Positions 47,976 to 58,798 are shown, counted from the first letter of the stretch. The stretch: 64,000 nt of DNA from an uncultured Ruminiclostridium sp. (GCA_947624435.1 CANQKE010000009.1:1-64000); one strand, 5' to 3'. Notes: a model not told the origin generated them from the sequence alone. Made by a program: numbers and translations.

Positions 47976-49265
47976 TCAAAATATCTTATTCATGACCAGT
48001 CCGGTGGTCAGCTTTGGATAAAAATAGGTGGATTTCTGCGGCATTCTTTCTCCCGCAGCCGCAACGTCGCGTATTTCCGTGATATGCGTCGGGTTGAGCA
48101 GGAAGCAGCAGTTCGCCCTTTTCCCGTCTACCGCTGCTATCGCTTCATCGGCGCTTCTTGTATATGTAAGATTTATCTGCTCTGCCATGTTTACTTTATC
48201 TATGCCGAATATGCGCTCTAATACCAGAGTGTGCAGTACGCTGACGTCCAGCTCTCTGAGCGCCTTACTTGTGTCCGGCATAAGCTGTTCCATAGCCGAG
48301 GCGTCTTTTAACACCATAAGCGTATAGTTGTTATCGCCGGTGAACAGAACGAACGCCTCTTTATTTTCGGCATAGGCTTTTTCCAATCCTATCTCGCCCT
48401 TTTCGCGGTTTAGATAAGGGGTTATCTCAAAATATTCCGAGCATTTTTCAACGACCGCCTTATAATCAAACGACGGAAGATCCCTTACTATCCTGTGAGT
48501 GGGGAACACCACAAGCCCGCTGTTTTCCATATTGACCAGCATCATCGTGACGTATTCCGAGCTTCCGACATTGTCCGGCTGAGTATTCGCTATATGCTGC
48601 TTATATTTCAGCGCGGTCTCGTATCTGTGATGACCGTCCGCGATATACAGCTTTTTCTCAGCCACTCCCGCCGATACGGCGCTTATTATATCCTCGTCAT
48701 ATACGCACCAAAGACTGTGAGTAACACCGTCCGCGTCGGTAAAGCTTATATCCGGCGCGCCGGTGCTTGCCTTGTCTATCAGAGGGAAAACCTTGCCCTC
48801 GGCGTCGGAATACAGCGAATATATCTGGCTGAAATTACAGCCGGTCGCGCACATCAGCTCAAACCTGTCCGCCTTTGCCTTTGAAAGGGTTTCCTCGTGT
48901 GGAAGAATGATACCCTTTGAAAATTCTTCCAGCTTTACAAGCGAGATAAATCCTTTTACCGCGTACTCCTGTCCGTGTACCGAAAATTTCATCTCATAGA
49001 CGTAAATACCCGGCCTTTCATCGCGGCGGAGTATATCGTCTTTCAGCCACTTATCCAAACATTCTCCCGCCTTGCCGTAAGCCTCGTCGGTATCCTCCGG
49101 TGAGGACTTCGGCAGCTCCAGCCTTATAATATTGCAGGGGTTTTTGCTTAAATATTCCTGCCTTTCCTCCGGGCTGATTATATCGTAGGGAGGACAGCAC
49201 AATTCGTTTGCTTTTCCGGCTTTATCGGTAAAGCGCAGACCGTTGAACGGCTTTATTTCAGCCAT
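47976..49265 (-). CDS. DUF1015-family protein
   Basis: N-terminus MAEIKPFNGLRF..CCPPYDIIS matches the DUF1015 consensus start. Confidence 0.55.
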   Translation of the reverse strand: MAEIKPFNGLRFTDKAGKANELCCPPYDIISPEERQEYLSKNPCNIIRLELPKSSPEDTDEAYGKAGECLDKWLKDDILRRDERPGIYVYEMKFSVHGQEYAVKGFISLVKLEEFSKGIILPHEETLSKAKADRFELMCATGCNFSQIYSLYSDAEGKVFPLIDKASTGAPDISFTDADGVTHSLWCVYDEDIISAVSAGVAEKKLYIADGHHRYETALKYKQHIANTQPDNVGSSEYVTMMLVNMENSGLVVFPTHRIVRDLPSFDYKAVVEKCSEYFEITPYLNREKGEIGLEKAYAENKEAFVLFTGDNNYTLMVLKDASAMEQLMPDTSKALRELDVSVLHTLVLERIFGIDKVNMAEQINLTYTRSADEAIAAVDGKRANCCFLLNPTHITEIRDVAAAGERMPQKSTYFYPKLTTGLVMNKIF

Positions 49266-49281
49266 ATAGTGTTTCCTTTCT

Positions 49282-52008
49282 TTAGTCGTTTGCGCCGCAG
49301 CACTTTTTATATTTCTTTCCGCTGCCGCAGGGGCAGGGATCGTTCCTGCCGACTTTTTGCTTTGAATCCTTTTTGAAGGTCGTGCGCGCTCCCGCGTTCT
49401 CGGCGTGAGGCTTAAGCACCTGCTCGCGCTGGGGAGGCGCTTCAGTCTTGACCTTTACCGTCAGCACAAGACGCGCGGTATCCTCACGGATAGACGCTAT
49501 CATCTCATCGAACATTGCAAAGCCCTCTATCCTGTATTCTACTACAGGGTCGCGCTGTGCGTAGCTTCTCAGCGCTATGCCGCGTTTAAGCTCTTCCATA
49601 GCGTCGATGTGATCCATCCACTTGGTGTCTACCACCTTAAGCATGCACACGCGCTCTAATTCTCTCATGATCTCCGGACCGAATTCTTCCTCACGCTGCT
49701 TGTACAGAGTATCGGCGCGCTCTTTGAGCATATCGACTATATCCTTTTTGTCTATATTGTTCAGATCGTCGACCGTGTAGTTGAAATCGTCCTCTTTGGT
49801 GAGCATACCCATGAAATGCTCTCTCAGACCGATAAAATTCCAGTTTTCCGGATAGTCGCCGGAGCAGTAGGTATTTACGTTCTCGTCTATTGTCTCGTTT
49901 ATCATGTTATGGATATATTCGCTTACGTCCTCGCCGTCCAGCACCTTGGAACGCTGAGTGTAAATAGTCATACGCTGCTGCGACATAACGTCGTCGTAAT
50001 CTAACACGTTTTTACGGATAGAGAAGTTCCTGCCCTCGACTTTTTTCTGGGAGGATTCTATCGTGTTAGTAAGGAATTTGTTCTCTATCGGGATATCCTC
50101 GTCGATGCCGAGCGTCTGCATAACGGCCTGCACTCTCTCGCCGCCGAACATACGCATAAGATCGTCCTCCAGCGAGATAAAGAAGCGGCTTTCACCGGGG
50201 TCGCCCTGACGTCCCGCACGACCTCTGAGCTGGTTATCTATACGTCTGGATTCGTGACGCTCCGTGCCGAGGATAAACAGACCGCCCACATTGCGGACCT
50301 CCTCAGCCTCCTTGGCTATCTGCTCCTTGAATTCCTCGTTATATTTCTTGAATGTCTCTCTTGCGTTAAGGATAGCCTCGTCGGTGGTCTCCGCAAAGCC
50401 GGTGGCTTCATTTATAAGATCCTCCTCGAAGCCCTCTTTTCTCATCTTTCCTTTGGCTAAAAATTCTGCGTTTCCTCCGAGCATGATATCGGTACCACGG
50501 CCCGCCATGTTAGTAGCGATGGTGACCGCGCCTTTTTTGCCCGCCTGCGCTACTATTTCAGCCTCGCGCTCGTGATTCTTCGCGTTCAGCACTTCATGCT
50601 TTATACCCTTTTTCTTGAGCATAGAGGACAGCAGCTCGGATTTTTCAATGGTTATCGTACCGACCAGTACCGGCTGACCCTTTGCGTGACATTCCTCTAT
50701 CTGCCTGATAACGGCGTCGAATTTGCCCTTGGTGTTTTTGTATACCTGATCCTGATGATCCTGCCTTATAACCGGCTTGTTGGTAGGTATCTCGATAACG
50801 TCAAGAGAGTATATCTCCCTGAACTCGTTTTCCTCGGTCATAGCCGTACCGGTCATACCGGACAGCTTGTCATACAGCCTGAAGAAGTTCTGAAAGGTTA
50901 TCGTTGCGAGCGTTTTGCTCTCGTTTTTTACCTTTACGCCTTCCTTTGCCTCTATCGCCTGATGAAGTCCCTCGTTAAAGCGGCGGCCGAACATCAGTCG
51001 TCCAGTAAACTCGTCGACGATGATTATCTCGCCGTCCTTTACCACATAGTCAACGTCGCGCTTCATGACGCCCTGCGCCTTTATCGCCTGATTTACATGG
51101 TGCAGTAAAGTCATATTTTCCGCGTCCATTAGGTTTTCAACGCCGAAATATGCCTCCGCTTTCTTAACGCCGCGCTGGGTAAGGGTAGCGTTCTTCGCTT
51201 TTTCGTCTATGATATAGTCGCCGTCTATTACGTCCTGATCTTCCTTGCTGTCAAGCTCGACCACTTTATACGGACGCAGACTTCTCGCCAGCTTGTCGGC
51301 TTTTGAATAAAGGTCGGTGGATTTATCGCCGGGGCCGGAAATGATAAGCGGCGTTCTCGCCTCGTCGATAAGTATAGAGTCCACCTCGTCGACTATCGCG
51401 AAATTATGCCCGCGCTGGACCTTATCGGCCTTGCGTATGCACATGTTGTCACGCAGATAGTCGAAGCCGAACTCGTTGTTCGTGCCGTAGGTTATATCGC
51501 AGTTGTAGGACTTGCGCCGCTGGTCGTTGGTCATATCGTGCAGGATAAGACCTACCGTCAGCCCTAAAAATCTATGCACACGGCCTATCATCTCTCCGCC
51601 GTATTTAGCCAGATAGTCGTTTACCGTGACGATATGGACGCCCTTTCCGCCAAGCGCTACCAGATAAGAGGGGAGCGCTGCAACGAAGGTTTTACCTTCA
51701 CCGGTCCTCATCTCGGCGATACGACCCTGGAACAGTATTATTCCGCCGAGTATCTGCACGGGATAAGGCTTTTTGCCCAGCACTCTCCACATAGCCTCGC
51801 GGCATACGGCGAATGCCTCCGGAAGAATATCGTCAAGCGTTTCTCCGTTTGCAAGCCTGTCCTTAAACACGGCGGTCTGACCTTTCAGCTCGCTGTCGGT
51901 CATGGAGGAGTAACGATCCTCCAAAGACAGCACCTTGTCTTTCAAAGGTATTATCCTCTTTATTTCTTTCTCGGAGTAATTACCGAATATTTTAGATAAA
52001 ATGTTCAT
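49282..52008 (-). CDS. secA: preprotein translocase ATPase SecA
   Basis: 908 aa; DEAD-like motor; C-terminal zinc site [14 protein letters not shown]. Confidence 0.95.
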   Translation of the reverse strand: MNILSKIFGNYSEKEIKRIIPLKDKVLSLEDRYSSMTDSELKGQTAVFKDRLANGETLDDILPEAFAVCREAMWRVLGKKPYPVQILGGIILFQGRIAEMRTGEGKTFVAALPSYLVALGGKGVHIVTVNDYLAKYGGEMIGRVHRFLGLTVGLILHDMTNDQRRKSYNCDITYGTNNEFGFDYLRDNMCIRKADKVQRGHNFAIVDEVDSILIDEARTPLIISGPGDKSTDLYSKADKLARSLRPYKVVELDSKEDQDVIDGDYIIDEKAKNATLTQRGVKKAEAYFGVENLMDAENMTLLHHVNQAIKAQGVMKRDVDYVVKDGEIIIVDEFTGRLMFGRRFNEGLHQAIEAKEGVKVKNESKTLATITFQNFFRLYDKLSGMTGTAMTEENEFREIYSLDVIEIPTNKPVIRQDHQDQVYKNTKGKFDAVIRQIEECHAKGQPVLVGTITIEKSELLSSMLKKKGIKHEVLNAKNHEREAEIVAQAGKKGAVTIATNMAGRGTDIMLGGNAEFLAKGKMRKEGFEEDLINEATGFAETTDEAILNARETFKKYNEEFKEQIAKEAEEVRNVGGLFILGTERHESRRIDNQLRGRAGRQGDPGESRFFISLEDDLMRMFGGERVQAVMQTLGIDEDIPIENKFLTNTIESSQKKVEGRNFSIRKNVLDYDDVMSQQRMTIYTQRSKVLDGEDVSEYIHNMINETIDENVNTYCSGDYPENWNFIGLREHFMGMLTKEDDFNYTVDDLNNIDKKDIVDMLKERADTLYKQREEEFGPEIMRELERVCMLKVVDTKWMDHIDAMEELKRGIALRSYAQRDPVVEYRIEGFAMFDEMIASIREDTARLVLTVKVKTEAPPQREQVLKPHAENAGARTTFKKDSKQKVGRNDPCPCGSGKKYKKCCGAND

Positions 52009-52134
52009 TTAATTTGTCTTTCCTTTCTAGGAAAAGTTTCCTTTTTGCATACTCTTTTATTATACACCTCTGACAGCGTTTTGTCAATAAAAACGTATTA
52101 TATTTTCTGTTGGTGAAATACTGTGTGAAAACGC

Positions 52135-52163
52135 TTGACAACGCGAAATTTTTATGATAAAAT
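52135..52163 (+). promoter_or_regulatory. promoter TTGACA-17-TAAAAT of the hydrogenase-maturation operon
   Basis: Exact hexamers; about 210-nt leader follows. Confidence 0.6.
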
Positions 52164-52278
52164 CTAATATGCGGATAAAGGTGAGGCGCGAGTGTACTTT
52201 CGCCGAACTTTCGCAGATACTGCACTGACTTCAAAGCTTACTGAGAAGAAAGGCCTGATAAAGCATACTTGTATAGTA

Positions 52279-52316
52279 CGGCTGTGCCTTTCGGTGCAGC
52301 CGTTTATTGTTTTTAT
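52279..52316 (+). terminator. terminator-like hairpin inside the hyd operon leader (candidate attenuator or riboswitch expression platform)
   Basis: CGGCTGTGCC-TTTCG-GTGCAGCCG stem then TTTATTGTTTTTAT, between the promoter and the first gene. Confidence 0.45.
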
Positions 52317-52339
52317 AAAAGCGCATGTTACGTTTTGCG

Positions 52340-52383
52340 CTTTACAAAAACCCGAAAGGAGGAATGCTTGCTTTGCAAGCATG
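52340..52383 (+). repeat. R1 core copy: CGCTTTACAAAAACCCGAAAGGAGGA-ATGCTTGCTTTGCAAGCATGG overlapping the start of the TM1266-like gene
   Basis: Hairpin 52364-52382; second ATG (52381) is the gene start; first ATG opens mini-ORF MLALQAWSLK. Confidence 0.6.
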
Positions 52384-52662
52384 GTCATTAAAATGACAGA
52401 TGCCGTTACGAGAGTAGCGCTTATCGGTATCGTAGTATCCGATAAGGAAAGCGTTTCTAAGCTCAACGAACTGCTGCACGGCAGCGCTGAGTACATCATA
52501 GGACGCATGGGTATACCCTACGAAAAGGCGGGAGTTTCGATAATAAGCGTTGCGATAGACGCGCCGCAGGACGTGATAAGCACGCTGTCCGGCAGGCTCG
52601 GCGCACTTAAAGGTGTCACGGCGAAAACCATATATCAGAAGCTGCCGGAAAATAACGATTAA
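52381..52662 (+). CDS. TM1266-like small ACT-domain protein (putative iron-only hydrogenase system regulator)
   Basis: 93 aa MVIKMTDAVTRVALIGIVVSDKESVSKLNELLH.. immediately upstream of hydG-hydF. Confidence 0.65.
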   Translation: MVIKMTDAVTRVALIGIVVSDKESVSKLNELLHGSAEYIIGRMGIPYEKAGVSIISVAIDAPQDVISTLSGRLGALKGVTAKTIYQKLPENND

Positions 52663-52679
52663 AAGAAAGGAAAAGGAAC

Positions 52680-54104
52680 ATGTATAAATACGATCCCTCT
52701 TCGCTCAAGGCGGAGGAATTTATCAATCATGAAGAGATAATGGAGACGCTTGCTTACGCTGAGGCTAACAAGCATAACGAGGCGCTTATAAGCGAGATAA
52801 TCGAAAAAGCAAAGCTCAGAAAAGGCTTACCCCACCGCGAAGCGCTGGTATTGTTAGACTGCGATATTCCCGAAAAGAACGAGGAGATATACGCGCTTGC
52901 CGAGCAGATAAAAAAGGATTTTTACGGCAACCGTATAGTTATGTTCGCGCCGCTGTATCTTTCAAATTACTGCGTCAACGGCTGTCTGTACTGCCCGTAT
53001 CACGCGAAGAACAAGCACATCTGCCGTAAAAAGCTGACTCAGGACGAGATACGGCAGGAGGTAATAGCTTTACAGGATATGGGACATAAGAGGCTTGCTA
53101 TCGAAGCGGGCGAAGACCCGGTAAATAACCCCATCGAGTATATTCTTGAAAGCATAAACACCATCTACTCCATCAAGCATAAAAACGGCGCTATCCGCAG
53201 GGTAAACGTAAATATCGCCGCTACCACCGTGGAAAACTACCGCAAGCTGAAAGAGGCGGGAATAGGCACTTATATCCTGTTCCAGGAAACCTACCACAAG
53301 GAGAGCTACGAGCGGCTGCATCCCACCGGACCGAAGCACAATTACGCTTACCATACCGAAGCAATGGACAGAGCCATGGAGGGCGGTATCGACGACGTAG
53401 GAATAGGCGCTCTGTTCGGACTGGAGCTGTATCGGTACGAGTTTGCCGGACTGCTGATGCACGCGGAGCATCTTGAGGCGGTACACGGCGTAGGCCCTCA
53501 TACCATATCCGTACCGAGAGTACGCCGCGCGGATGACATCGACCCAGACGAGTTTGACAACGGAATAAGCGACGATACATTCGCAAAGATCGTTGCCTGC
53601 TTGAGAATATGCGTTCCTTACACCGGACTTATCGTTTCCACCCGTGAGAGCCAGCGTTCCCGCGAAAGAGTGCTTAAGCTGGGCATATCCCAGATAAGCG
53701 GCGGTTCGCGCACCAGCGTAGGCGGATATGCCGAGCCGGAGCCGGAGGAAGAAAATTCCGCACAGTTTGACGTATCGGACAACCGTACTCTTGACGAGGT
53801 CGTGAACTGGCTGATGAAGCTGGGTTATATCCCGTCGTTCTGCACCGCATGCTACCGTGAGGGAAGAACAGGCGACCGTTTCATGAGCCTGTGCAAGGCG
53901 GGACAGATACAAAACTGCTGCCATCCGAACGCGCTGATGACTCTAAAGGAATACCTTGAGGATTACGCCGCTCCCGAAACAAAGGAAATAGGCGAAAAGC
54001 TGATAGCAAAAGAGCTTAACAACATACCCAAGGAAAAGGTGCGCAAAATAGCCGAGGAATATATAAACAATATCCACAACGGTCAGAGAGATTTCAGGTT
54101 CTGA
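52680..54104 (+). CDS. hydG: [FeFe]-hydrogenase maturase HydG (radical SAM, ThiH-like)
   Basis: CVNGCLYCPY radical-SAM cluster; C-terminal CTACYREG..C auxiliary cluster motif. Confidence 0.9.
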   Translation: MYKYDPSSLKAEEFINHEEIMETLAYAEANKHNEALISEIIEKAKLRKGLPHREALVLLDCDIPEKNEEIYALAEQIKKDFYGNRIVMFAPLYLSNYCVNGCLYCPYHAKNKHICRKKLTQDEIRQEVIALQDMGHKRLAIEAGEDPVNNPIEYILESINTIYSIKHKNGAIRRVNVNIAATTVENYRKLKEAGIGTYILFQETYHKESYERLHPTGPKHNYAYHTEAMDRAMEGGIDDVGIGALFGLELYRYEFAGLLMHAEHLEAVHGVGPHTISVPRVRRADDIDPDEFDNGISDDTFAKIVACLRICVPYTGLIVSTRESQRSRERVLKLGISQISGGSRTSVGGYAEPEPEEENSAQFDVSDNRTLDEVVNWLMKLGYIPSFCTACYREGRTGDRFMSLCKAGQIQNCCHPNALMTLKEYLEDYAAPETKEIGEKLIAKELNNIPKEKVRKIAEEYINNIHNGQRDFRF

Positions 54105-54119
54105 TGAAAAGGAGATAAT

Positions 54120-55322
54120 ATGAGCTTAAATGCCGTTCCGAGTTCCGAAAGAATACACATAGGAATTTTCGGCAGGCGCAACGCCGGAAAATCCAGCCTT
54201 ATAAACGCGATAACCGGTCAGCAGCTTGCGGTGGTGTCCGATATTGCCGGCACTACCACCGACCCTGTTTCTAAAGCGATGGAGCTGCTGCCGCTCGGTC
54301 CGGTGCTTATCACCGATACCGCCGGACTTGACGACGAGGGGGAGCTTGGCGGACTTCGCGTAGAAAAAAGCCTGCGTGTGCTGCTCAAAAGCGATATCGC
54401 ACTGGTGGTGATAGACGCCGCCGAGGGCGAGGATAAGTACGACCGCGAGGTCATATCAAAGCTGGAAGAGCGAAAAATACCGTATATCAAGGTCTACAAT
54501 AAGACCGATCTGTTCAGCGGAGAACCTCAGACGGCCGACAATGTTATTTACGTCAGCGCTGTCACCGGTGAAAATATACACGAGCTTAAAGAGCTTATCG
54601 CAAAGCAGCTTAGCAGCGACGGCCACGGCAGGCGTATCTGCGCCGATCTGCTTTCGTCGGGAGATACCGCGGTGTTGGTGGTGCCTATCGACAGCGCCGC
54701 ACCTAAAGGCAGGCTTATATTGCCTCAGCAGCAGACTATCCGCGATATTCTCGAAGCGGGAGCTATAGCCGCGGTATGCAGGGAGACCGAGCTTGAAAAT
54801 ACGCTGTCGTCGCTTAGCGTAAAGCCGCGCCTTGTGATAACCGACAGTCAGGCGTTTGAAAAGGTGTCCGCCATTGTGCCGGAGGATATCCTGCTCACCT
54901 CGTTTTCTATCCTTTTTGCAAGATACAAGGGAGGGCTGGAACAGGCGGTAAAAGGCGTGACCGCGCTCGATAAAATAAAAGACGGCGACAAGATACTGAT
55001 ATCTGAGGGTTGCACTCATCACAGGCAGTGCGACGATATCGGCACCGTCAAGCTTCCGCGCTGGATAAAAAAATACACCGGAAAAGAACCGGTGTTTGAA
55101 TTTACCTCCGGCGGGGAATTTACCAAAGAGCCGGAAAAATACAGCCTTATTGTTCATTGCGGCGGCTGTATGCTGAACGAACGCGAGATACAATACCGTA
55201 TGTCGTTCGCCGAAAGCAAGGGCGTCCCTATGACCAATTACGGCATTGCAATAGCGTTTATGCACGGTATTCTTAAGCGTGCGGTACAGCCCTTTGAAAA
55301 CATACGTTCATTATTGCAATAA
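54120..55322 (+). CDS. hydF: [FeFe]-hydrogenase maturation GTPase HydF
   Basis: G1 GRRNAGKSS, G3 DTAG, NKTD; C-terminal CxH..HC cluster-binding region (EGCTHHRQC, HCGGC). Confidence 0.9.
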   Translation: MSLNAVPSSERIHIGIFGRRNAGKSSLINAITGQQLAVVSDIAGTTTDPVSKAMELLPLGPVLITDTAGLDDEGELGGLRVEKSLRVLLKSDIALVVIDAAEGEDKYDREVISKLEERKIPYIKVYNKTDLFSGEPQTADNVIYVSAVTGENIHELKELIAKQLSSDGHGRRICADLLSSGDTAVLVVPIDSAAPKGRLILPQQQTIRDILEAGAIAAVCRETELENTLSSLSVKPRLVITDSQAFEKVSAIVPEDILLTSFSILFARYKGGLEQAVKGVTALDKIKDGDKILISEGCTHHRQCDDIGTVKLPRWIKKYTGKEPVFEFTSGGEFTKEPEKYSLIVHCGGCMLNEREIQYRMSFAESKGVPMTNYGIAIAFMHGILKRAVQPFENIRSLLQ

Positions 55323-55353
55323 AATATGAACAACATTTGATACAGGTGATAAG

Positions 55354-55830
55354 ATGGCTAAAGAACAGAAAACAAACGCTATGCGTATGCTGGACAGGCT
55401 GAAAATAAAATACGAAATAAATACCTATGACTGCGACGAATTTATCGACGGGGTGCATATCGCGGATATGCTCGGTCAGGATTACGACAGCACTTTCAAG
55501 ACTTTGGTCACGGTAGGAAAGAGCGGGGAATATTACGTTTTCGCGATACCGATACATCTGGAGCTTGATCTGAAAAAAGCCGCGCAGTCGGTCGGTGAAA
55601 AGTCCGTTGAAATGCTGCATGTAAAGGATATAAACGCCGTCACCGGATATATCCGCGGCGGCTGTACTCCCATAGGAATGAAAAAGCAGTACAAGACCGT
55701 GCTGCATTCTTCCATATCCGGGCTTAACCGCGTGATAATCAGCGGCGGCAGGCTCGGCACGCAGATAATCCTAGCTCCGTCCGACCTTATAAAAGCGACC
55801 GCCGCAACGCTGGCGGACATAGTACAGTAA
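55354..55830 (+). CDS. ybaK: Cys-tRNA(Pro) deacylase YbaK
   Basis: YbaK/ProX editing domain, 158 aa, MAKEQKTNAMRMLD. Confidence 0.85.
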   Translation: MAKEQKTNAMRMLDRLKIKYEINTYDCDEFIDGVHIADMLGQDYDSTFKTLVTVGKSGEYYVFAIPIHLELDLKKAAQSVGEKSVEMLHVKDINAVTGYIRGGCTPIGMKKQYKTVLHSSISGLNRVIISGGRLGTQIILAPSDLIKATAATLADIVQ

Positions 55831-55831
55831 T

Positions 55832-56347
55832 TTACAGCAGCAGTCTTACTGCCGCAGCACCCGCTATCCATCCGGTAAGATCCGCAGACAATGCGGAGGG
55901 GAGGGCATGGCGGGTGTTTTTTATTTTTACCGCTCCGAAGTACACCGCCAGCGTATAGAAAGTAGTCTCGCTTGAGCCCATTACCGTTGACGCGACTTGT
56001 CCGATAAAGCTGTCCGGACCGTAGGTGTTTATTATTTCTTCATAAAACGCCAGCGCTCCGCTTCCGGAGAGCGGCCGGACGAATATCAGCGGAGCGGCCT
56101 CGGACGGGAATCCGAAAAAATCGGTCACGGGTTTTACGAGTCCGCTTAGCAGGTCGATGCCGCCGGACGCCTTAAACATGCCGATACAGGTCATCAGACA
56201 GATAAGCGCGGGGAGTATGTCGGCGGTAGTTTTAAGACCCTGCGCCGCGCCCTCTATAAATGTGTCAAAAACGTTCGTTTTCGCGATAAGTCCGAAAAAA
56301 AGTATCGCCAGAATAACGCACGGCACAAAATAATCGGTAAAGCTCAT
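55832..56347 (-). CDS. spmB: spore maturation protein B
   Basis: Nucleoside-recognition-type membrane protein paired and overlapping with spmA. Confidence 0.8.
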   Translation of the reverse strand: MSFTDYFVPCVILAILFFGLIAKTNVFDTFIEGAAQGLKTTADILPALICLMTCIGMFKASGGIDLLSGLVKPVTDFFGFPSEAAPLIFVRPLSGSGALAFYEEIINTYGPDSFIGQVASTVMGSSETTFYTLAVYFGAVKIKNTRHALPSALSADLTGWIAGAAAVRLLL

Positions 56348-56946
56348 GACGTATCTCCTTTTTTCTTACCGTATCGGAAAACCTTGGAAAGTAGCTTTGC
56401 GGCGGTCAGCGCGACCGTCAGTGCAAGTGCCGACACTATCCATACCCCCGGCAGTATTTCAAGCGGCGCCGCGCTGCCGTGGTTTGCTCTTATTGCGGCG
56501 ACGGTAGTCGGAAATAATTGTAAGCTCGCGGTGTTCATAACGGTAAAAATAACCATGTTGTCGGTGGCAATGTCCTCGGCGTTTTCTTCCTTTTTTAACT
56601 CTTCAAGCGCCCTTATACCGGCGGGAGTGGCGGCGTTTGCAAGTCCGAGCAGATTAGACACCAGATTAAGCATGATGTAATTCATGGCCGCGCCTTTAGG
56701 GTCTATGCCCTTGAACAGCCTTTTCAGCAGGGGAGAGAGCAGCCTTGACAGCTTCGCTACAAGTCCCGCATTTTCCGCTATATTCATTATTCCGCTCCAG
56801 AAACATATCGTTCCGCAAAGACTTATCGCAAGAGTTACCGCGGCGGTGCATTCGGTCAGCGCAGCCTGCGAGACCTCCGGCATTTTGCCGTTCACGATAC
56901 CCAGTACAACGGAAAAAAATACAATTATAAAAAAGAAAAATTTCAT
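56344..56946 (-). CDS. spmA: spore maturation protein A
   Basis: Nucleoside recognition domain membrane protein; spmA-spmB pair. Confidence 0.8.
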   Translation of the reverse strand: MKFFFFIIVFFSVVLGIVNGKMPEVSQAALTECTAAVTLAISLCGTICFWSGIMNIAENAGLVAKLSRLLSPLLKRLFKGIDPKGAAMNYIMLNLVSNLLGLANAATPAGIRALEELKKEENAEDIATDNMVIFTVMNTASLQLFPTTVAAIRANHGSAAPLEILPGVWIVSALALTVALTAAKLLSKVFRYGKKKGDTS

Positions 56947-57273
56947 ATTTTTTACATTTTCTCCTTTGATTATCTTATTTGCCGTTTGAGAAGTTTGAAA
57001 AAAATTACATAAATATCCAACTCAAGCAAAAAATTCAAGGCATTATTCACAAATTTTAGATAAAATTGAGAGCTTTTATTTGTAAAAAAGATAGATTTTT
57101 TTGTTTACGATAATTTGCATTTTTAGGTTAATTTTAAGTAAAAAATCAAGTTTAAGTGATTAACGCAGCAAAACCGCATGGTTACGCCGTTTGGCGGCGT
57201 GTACTAAATTAACATTTGTTATAATATTAACATTCTCTTACGTCGCTGTTAAACCCTACAGTTTTTGGTCTAT

Positions 57274-57302
57274 TTGACAAATCCCTTATATTTTGGTAAA
57301 AT
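57274..57302 (+). promoter_or_regulatory. candidate promoter TTGACA-17-TAAAAT upstream of abrB
   Basis: Exact hexamers, in a 440-bp AT-rich regulatory region. Confidence 0.5.
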
Positions 57303-57383
57303 ATAATTGCCGGTTTGTTGACGGACTTTCCGGCAAAGTAAAAAAATCAAAGCTGTTTTACGCTGGAAAGGTGGGTAATTTCT

Positions 57384-57629
57384 ATGAAATCTACAGGCAT
57401 TGTAAGAAAGGTAGACGAGCTTGGGCGTATAGTCATCCCGATAGAACTCAGAAGAACGCTTGACATTGATATCAAGGATTCAATTGAAATTTATGTTGAA
57501 GATGACAAGATTATTCTGAAAAAGTATATGCCGGCTTGTTCTTTCTGCAATAACGCAAGCGACATCCAGCAGTTCAAGGGGAAGAATATCTGCATGGAGT
57601 GCCTGACAGAGATAAAGAAAACGTTTTGA
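57384..57629 (+). CDS. abrB: AbrB-family transition-state regulator with C-terminal Cys4 cluster
   Basis: MKSTGIVRKVDELGRIVIPIELRRTL (SpoVT/AbrB swapped-hairpin); C-terminus CSFC..CMEC. Confidence 0.85.
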   Translation: MKSTGIVRKVDELGRIVIPIELRRTLDIDIKDSIEIYVEDDKIILKKYMPACSFCNNASDIQQFKGKNICMECLTEIKKTF

Positions 57630-57672
57630 TTTATTTTTTAACTTATATAACCATAACTTTTATTGGTTACAT

Positions 57673-57700
57673 AACACAAAGACGGACAGCACGCTGTCCG
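57673..57700 (+). terminator. rho-independent terminator
   Basis: ACGGACAGC-ACG-CTGTCCGT followed by TTTTTT. Confidence 0.7.
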
Positions 57701-57724
57701 TTTTTTATGTTTATGAAAGTTATA

Positions 57725-58708
57725 TTATTCTCTGTTATAGGAAAAGCCCCAGTCGGTGCGGCATTTTTCCATTATCTTCATGGTGGCTTTTGTATGCCAA
57801 AGCGGGTTGAGGTCGCTTTCCTTTAAGCCTTTTTCAAGGCAGCTCATGACGTGAGCTACTTCAAACTCGTAACCGTTGCAGGGGTGGGGATTGTTGAATT
57901 CTTCGACGATATTCCCGTCATCGTCGTACAACAGTACCCGTCCGGTGCAGAAAAACCATTCCGGAAAGCGTATACTGCCCTTTGTGCCGATTATATAGGC
58001 GGGATTGCAGTTGTCCATGTTGAACGCCGCGCACAGATCGGCATAGCTGTTTTCGTATCTTAACATTATAGACGCGTCAAAGTCTACGTCGCTTTTGCCG
58101 ATAACGCAGTTGCTTATTATTTCTTTCGGCTGATAACCCAAAAATTCGCAGGCGAAGGTGATAGGATACACGCCGATATCTAAAAGCGCGCCGCCGCCTA
58201 AGTCTTTTCTGAAAAGGCGGTCGTTCTCATCATAACGGCACATCGAGGTGAGATCGGCCTTGACGGCGTGCACCTCTCCGATTTTACCGGAAGACACCCA
58301 TTCCTTTGCTTTACGAAACGCCGGGAGCATTTTCATCCACATAGCTTCCATAAAGAACAGGTCTTTTTCCTTTGCGATAGCGATAAGCTCGTCTAACTGC
58401 GCCGAGTTTAGCGTTATCGTTTTTTCACACAACACATTCTTTCCGGCTAGCAGGCACATTTTTGCGTTCTCGTAGTGCTGTGCCATAGGGGAGGCGATAT
58501 ATATAACGTCCACGTTTTCGTCCTCGGCTAGCTGCCGATAGCTGCCGTAGCATTTCTCAGCGTTGTATTTTTCACCGAACGCTTTTGCTTTTTCTTCGGT
58601 GCGGGAGGCTGCCGCATACAGCTTTGCCCCGTCTGTATAATTTATCGCTTTGGCAAAGGTCTCCGCTATTTTTCCGGTCGCCATTATGCCCCAATTGCAG
58701 ATGCTCAT
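57725..58708 (-). CDS. Gfo/Idh/MocA-family NAD(P)-dependent oxidoreductase
   Basis: Rossmann start ICNWGIMATGKIAETF; EKP-type motif LCEKTITL. Confidence 0.85.
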   Translation of the reverse strand: MSICNWGIMATGKIAETFAKAINYTDGAKLYAAASRTEEKAKAFGEKYNAEKCYGSYRQLAEDENVDVIYIASPMAQHYENAKMCLLAGKNVLCEKTITLNSAQLDELIAIAKEKDLFFMEAMWMKMLPAFRKAKEWVSSGKIGEVHAVKADLTSMCRYDENDRLFRKDLGGGALLDIGVYPITFACEFLGYQPKEIISNCVIGKSDVDFDASIMLRYENSYADLCAAFNMDNCNPAYIIGTKGSIRFPEWFFCTGRVLLYDDDGNIVEEFNNPHPCNGYEFEVAHVMSCLEKGLKESDLNPLWHTKATMKIMEKCRTDWGFSYNRE

Positions 58709-58712
58709 TTTT

Positions 58713-58750
58713 AATACCGTGCTTGCAAAGCAAGCACCTCTCCTTCGTAT
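58713..58750 (-). repeat. R1 core copy (minus strand): GAAGGAGAG-GTGCTTGCTTTGCAAGCAC upstream of the oxidoreductase start
   Basis: Compensatory change keeps the hairpin (ATG..CAT becomes GTG..CAC). Confidence 0.6.
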
Positions 58751-58798
58751 AAATTAAACGGAGCTGCACGGCAAAAAACGCCGCGCAGCTCCTAAAGC

